In this document: piece by piece, positions 59,458 to 64,000 of the stretch
Layout: every line of letters begins with the position of its first letter
How positions within the stretch are numbered: position 1 is the stretch's first letter
NCBI GenBank assembly: GCA_004764695.1
Contig: SMSO01000037.1
Coordinates: forward strand, 3,386,747 to 3,450,746
DNA from: Schizochytrium sp. TIO01
Lineage: Eukaryota; Protista; Bigyra: Labyrinthulomycetes
Direction of reading: 5' to 3'
DNA: 64,000 nt
Made by a program: the position numbers and the translations under genes
The notes under the pieces: generated by a model
Told to the model about the DNA's origin: nothing
The model's database searches: none
What the model saw: the letters and a program-made list of their open reading frames with translations, nothing else

Positions 59458-61028
59458 TGTCGGCGTCTGTCTCCTTTTCTTTGGTTGTGCCCCGCCGCTG
59501 CTGCCTTCCTGCCTGCCTTGCCCTTGCCTTGCCTCTCCTAGTTTCCTCGCGAGCTGCCTCTTCGATGCCTCCACCCACGTCCGTCGCGGCTAAAGCTCTC
59601 GAGCGTGATAAATAAAGAAAATTAAATTAAGGTTTTGCTTTCTTTCCCTTCAACTCTTTCAATCAATCATTTCTGTTTCATCATACAGATGATAGATAGA
59701 TAGATACCTGAGCGAGTTTTAATTAAAACTTTAAAAGCCTCTCGTTATCTATCTTCCTTGTATATTATTATTATTATTTTATTATTATTTTAAAATAAAA
59801 TTAAATAAAACGTTTTCATTTTCTAAACATTCCTTCGAATCAAAAGGTCTTAAACATGTTTTTAAATTCAGAATTTCAAAAATTGTGACACAGGGTCTGT
59901 TAGGGGTTGATTAGACCATACTATAGGAGTGGGTTGTGCTTTGCTCCGTTGTGTTTTCCTCACACAGGCCAGACTTCGGCTCTTCCGTAAGCCCTCCCTT
60001 AGGAGAGTGGCTAGACGGGTCTGGATAGGTGCCGCGTGAGATTACGATGGGGTAATTCTAAGTCATTGCGATAGCTCCATGATCGTAGGCACTATCTACT
60101 ATTCGATGAAACATCATACATCATTCGCTTATAATGAATGTTTGTTTCATTGATACATACATACCTCTTATTCCCTAGGTGGTTCTGGACTGGAGGTGGT
60201 CGAACTGTTGGCGCCAGTATCCAAGGTTGGGGTTGAGTTGCGTCCGAGACTTGGCTTACGACGTTGAGATCAACGATAAGGACAATCAGGCGCAGAGATA
60301 AATGCAAACTGCCAGTCTCTGGAGGCCATGTGGGTTGCGAAATGTGATGGGATTCGATGTTACCCGACGAAGGTACTTGGTTGATTACGTTTGAGTGAGC
60401 AGCTGCGACTACGTACCTCGTAGCTAACTAACTATCTAGCTAGCTACTACCTTGCAGATATCATGAAAACGAAGGTTCTTAACAGTGAATGCGTGCACCT
60501 ACTTTCTTTCAGTGCAAGGTTTGCTTCAAATTGTTCCATCTTCAGATTGCCTCGCTCGATCAATTCTTGCACCAATGAACAAGGGATCTATCTATCTCTG
60601 TGAAAGGCCCGAGGGATTTGGAGAGGACCTGGAGACCTGCGACCCAAGCACAGCAAGACAAGATCGCTTTCATCTCACCGCGGCATTCTTACGGAGAAAT
60701 AAGTTCAACAAGTTGCACAACCTCCGCAACGAGGACCTCACCGGCTCGGAACGAAGAGAGATCGGCTAGAGAACGAAGAGGAATGAGAGTCTGAGAGTGC
60801 GGGAGTGCTACTCCAGTAGGAATAGTGTAAGAGCAGGTAGTGAGAGAAAAAGAAATTTGACTGACTCTGAACCAACTAAATTACAAAAAGTGAGACAAAA
60901 AAAAAATGAAGAGTGAGTTTCGACGTATTTCCGCGCCTCTTTCGCAAAGACGGCCGAGAACGTTCTTTCATATGCGAGAATATGGAGCAACGTCAACTCC
61001 ATTTCTTTAAAAAGAAAGACTACACCCC

Positions 61029-61239
61029 CATACATACATACGTACATACATACATACATACATACATACATACATACATACATACATACATACATACATA
61101 CATACATACATACATACATACATACATACATACATACATACATACATACATACATACATACATACATACATACATACATACATACATACATACATACATA
61201 CATACATACATACATACATACATACATACATACATACAT
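61029..61239. repeat. (CATA/TATG)n microsatellite, about 52 units
   Basis: About 210 bp of nearly perfect tacatacata; source of the MYVC/HTYI repeat ORFs. Confidence 0.97.
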
Positions 61240-63142
61240 TGATACATAAAAGTTCATCGCCCAAATAAAACTCTGCAATGCGGAAAGCAAGCAAAAGCAG
61301 ACGTACCTTGGTGCTCACAGTCATTCATTCATCCATTCAGCCAAAACGTCAAATACTCCAGAACTACGGCTGGCTAAAGCTTCGAGTCTAGTCTAGCAGT
61401 CTCCAGAGTGGAGTCGGATCGAGTCGAACCGGTGTTATTACCGAGCCTGGCGAAGGGTTAGGTAATCTTGGAGGCAGTTTTCCATCATCAGGGTTCGAGA
61501 TTCACATACTCCACCTGCCTACTTACGAGTCCGCGTAGGACAGTCTAGGGCTCAAGTAATGTGGTAACCAACACAGAGGTGGTTGTGTTTTCCTCTGCCG
61601 GCCTAGTTTCCGAAACTTCTAAGATCGTTCTTCGCGCCTGTTTATCATCATTCCACGAGTCAGCAGAGGCCTTTTTCATGATGGCGGCCAGCGCCTTTCG
61701 GCCTCCCTGGTGACGTTGTGGCCCAGAGAGGGATTGATTGGCCATTACACAGAGAGAGAAAGGCTGGCTAGCTAGCTATAGCTAGCTGTCTCGAGGCAGG
61801 AAGACTGGACTTGGTGCTTCTTCTGTGTCTTGTTCTCCTCCATGTACTTGAAAGCGGGCGCCGTGGGATTCTACCAATCTCGCTCTTCTGGCAGCAGCCA
61901 AAGGGTTCGATTGGCTTGGCCATTCGCTCACAACAAACAAACAACTAACTGATGCTGCCACCTGCCTGGTGGTCGCGAGAAGCGAGGCGGCAGCACGAGC
62001 AAGTGGCCGAGAGACCGGCCAATGGGCAGGCAGGCGGGAGGGAGGGATGACTGGCCCGCGTTGGCCAGCCAGACATATACATACATACATACATCCCATG
62101 CTTGGTTTCCGTGGCCATCAATCAGCCTCAGGAAGGCAGGCAGTCAAGTTCCCGTGCCGTTCACACTCGGTAGAAGAGGCCGCGGCCTTTCGTTTGCAGT
62201 CAGTCAGTCAGTCAATCAAACAAACCAACCTCATGAAAACCAGCTTCGACGTCAACTTAATCGATCCACGGGCTCAAGGCCTTCCATGTATGATGTGTGT
62301 ATGTATTTATGTATTTATGTATTGATGTATTATGTATTGATGTATTATGTATATGTATTATGTATTGATGTATTTGTTTCATCGAGAGAGGGAATGGACA
62401 AGAAGGTATGGATGGTATGCGACATTCTGGTGTGCGCGAGAAAGAAGATAAGAAGATCCTCAGAGCCCACTCTGGCGAGGAAAACACAGTTGGTTGTTCT
62501 ATAACCAATGCCGTTTTCTTTGGGGATCGAGTCTGCTCAGGCCCACCCACCCTTCGCCAATGCATGAATTGGCGATGAGAGCGAGGGTAGTTTAGTTGGC
62601 AGGCACCAGATTACGAAGCTAGCTAGGTCTTCTTCGCCACGACAAGCTTCGCTTGCCTGCAAGGAATCTGCGGCAAGATGCAAGAACACGCACAGGCAAA
62701 AGTTGTGCGGAGGGTTTCCAGCCACAGAAGCACCTACCCTGTGTGATTGATGCCAACGCTATCCATGTATGCTGATCAGTACAGAGCTCGCCGAGGCGGA
62801 GAAGCTGTCCTGGTGAGAGCCGAGCGCTGCTGAAGCGGGTCAGCGGCCGTGAGGTTTATATGGAAAGCTGCCCCTGAAGGCCAGTCAGGCTTCTTCTATA
62901 ATCTGCTGGTGGAGCAGGGAGTGTGCTCCATCAATCATGGAAGCTCTTGGAGATGTGAGAATCCTCTTTCATCACGATTCGTGAATTTAGGTCATGATGG
63001 TTGGCGCCAGCAGAGCTTCTTCCAGCTGGCTGTGGAGAAGAGTGAAGGGAAATGGCGCCTCGCCCAAGCCTCGAAACGGCAGCCGGATAAAAGCAGGAGA
63101 AAAAAGCTATAGTGAAGCAGTAATCGCCTAGGTATTTGTTTT

Positions 63143-63170
63143 CTATCTATCTATCTATCTATCTATCTAT
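63143..63170. repeat. (CTAT)n microsatellite
   Basis: Tandem ctat units. Confidence 0.85.
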
Positions 63171-64000
63171 TGATCAATCGATCATTGGCCTCACAGCCTT
63201 TTGTAAGGGATCCGGGCGGTCTAATCTGCACTGGAAGCTTGCCGTGATCCCATTACATTCAGCTGCCTGGCCGCTCCGCTAACAAGTCTGTCCGTACCTT
63301 ACTGGATTTCAACGACTGACATATTTCCCATTAGTTGACCTCGACAACGCGACTTTATTAATTGAAAATTCGATGATGCATTTTTTAATTTTTTTAAATT
63401 AAATATTTAGAGTTAAAGGTATCGTGAAAAGGTCGAGGATCGGTCAATGCGTTTCCAACCACTACGTAGAGAGGCCCAACTATCGAGTTTGAGAACCAGT
63501 AAACTGCACTTATAGATTCGGACCTGATAATCATGTTTGCTTAGATATAACTTATAATTAAATTTTCAATGGTAAAGCCCGGTATTTGTTTTTCATTTTT
63601 TTCCGTAAATAAACACGGCTTTGGGCGTTGGCCTATATTTCTGAGCTAGAGAAAGCTAAAAGGTTTTTATGCTCTAGAGAATTCTGATGAAAACGGTATT
63701 GATTTTTTTTAATCACATCACGCATTAGTAGTCCTACCTACATCTTTTCACATTGGTTGGCTCCTCTGTATGATATCGTATTCGCGTTTCCAGATAATTT
63801 AAGGAGGCGTGGGAATCGCGAGCTTGTATGTCATAAACTTTTACCAGAATTTCACATGTAATCAGAAACTACATTGAGGGCAGAGAATCTATGACCGAGA
63901 TTTGGCTTTCTGCAAAGGAAATTCCTGGGTGCTAAGATTTACGTGAAGGAATCTTCCGAGAAATTACATACTACCATAGAAAATAATCGATTATTTATAG

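Noticed and set aside
60808-61324. ORFs with MYVC/HTYI repeats
   Set aside because: Translations of the (CATA)n microsatellite.

Overview
Eukaryotic nuclear DNA, not prokaryotic. It has GT-AG introns with GTAAG donors and CTAAC branch points, microsatellite-rich AT-rich intergenic DNA and mostly single-exon genes. Gene content and style fit a thraustochytrid/labyrinthulomycete stramenopile such as Aurantiochytrium or Schizochytrium (inference). About 20 protein-coding genes are supportable: two tandem temptin + copper-monooxygenase-fold paralogues (the complete one also carries a cytochrome b561 domain), a SWIM-finger protein, an HXXXD acyltransferase, a CRAL-TRIO protein, a BUD23-like methyltransferase, TOM40, MORN, RGS and EF-hand proteins, a 5-exon glutathione reductase, an SDR, UAP56/SUB2, SDHAF2, a GMC oxidoreductase, a coiled-coil protein, SLU7, an M20 peptidase, an EGF-7TM receptor-like protein and an ankyrin tail-anchored protein. 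The most notable observations are these. (1) A temptin/DBH-fold/cytochrome b561 fusion family has lost its copper-binding histidines while keeping all four heme histidines. (2) A two-ORF locus has a +1 frameshift at TGC-TGA-C, reminiscent of antizyme recoding. (3) The glutathione reductase has trypanothione-reductase-type signature segments and a PTS1. (4) SLU7 has a terminal intron whose donor contains an in-frame stop. (5) The M20 peptidase has an in-frame TAG in its signal anchor. No rRNA, tRNA, CRISPR array or intact mobile element was recognised. All calls come from motif reading by eye; no database search was run.
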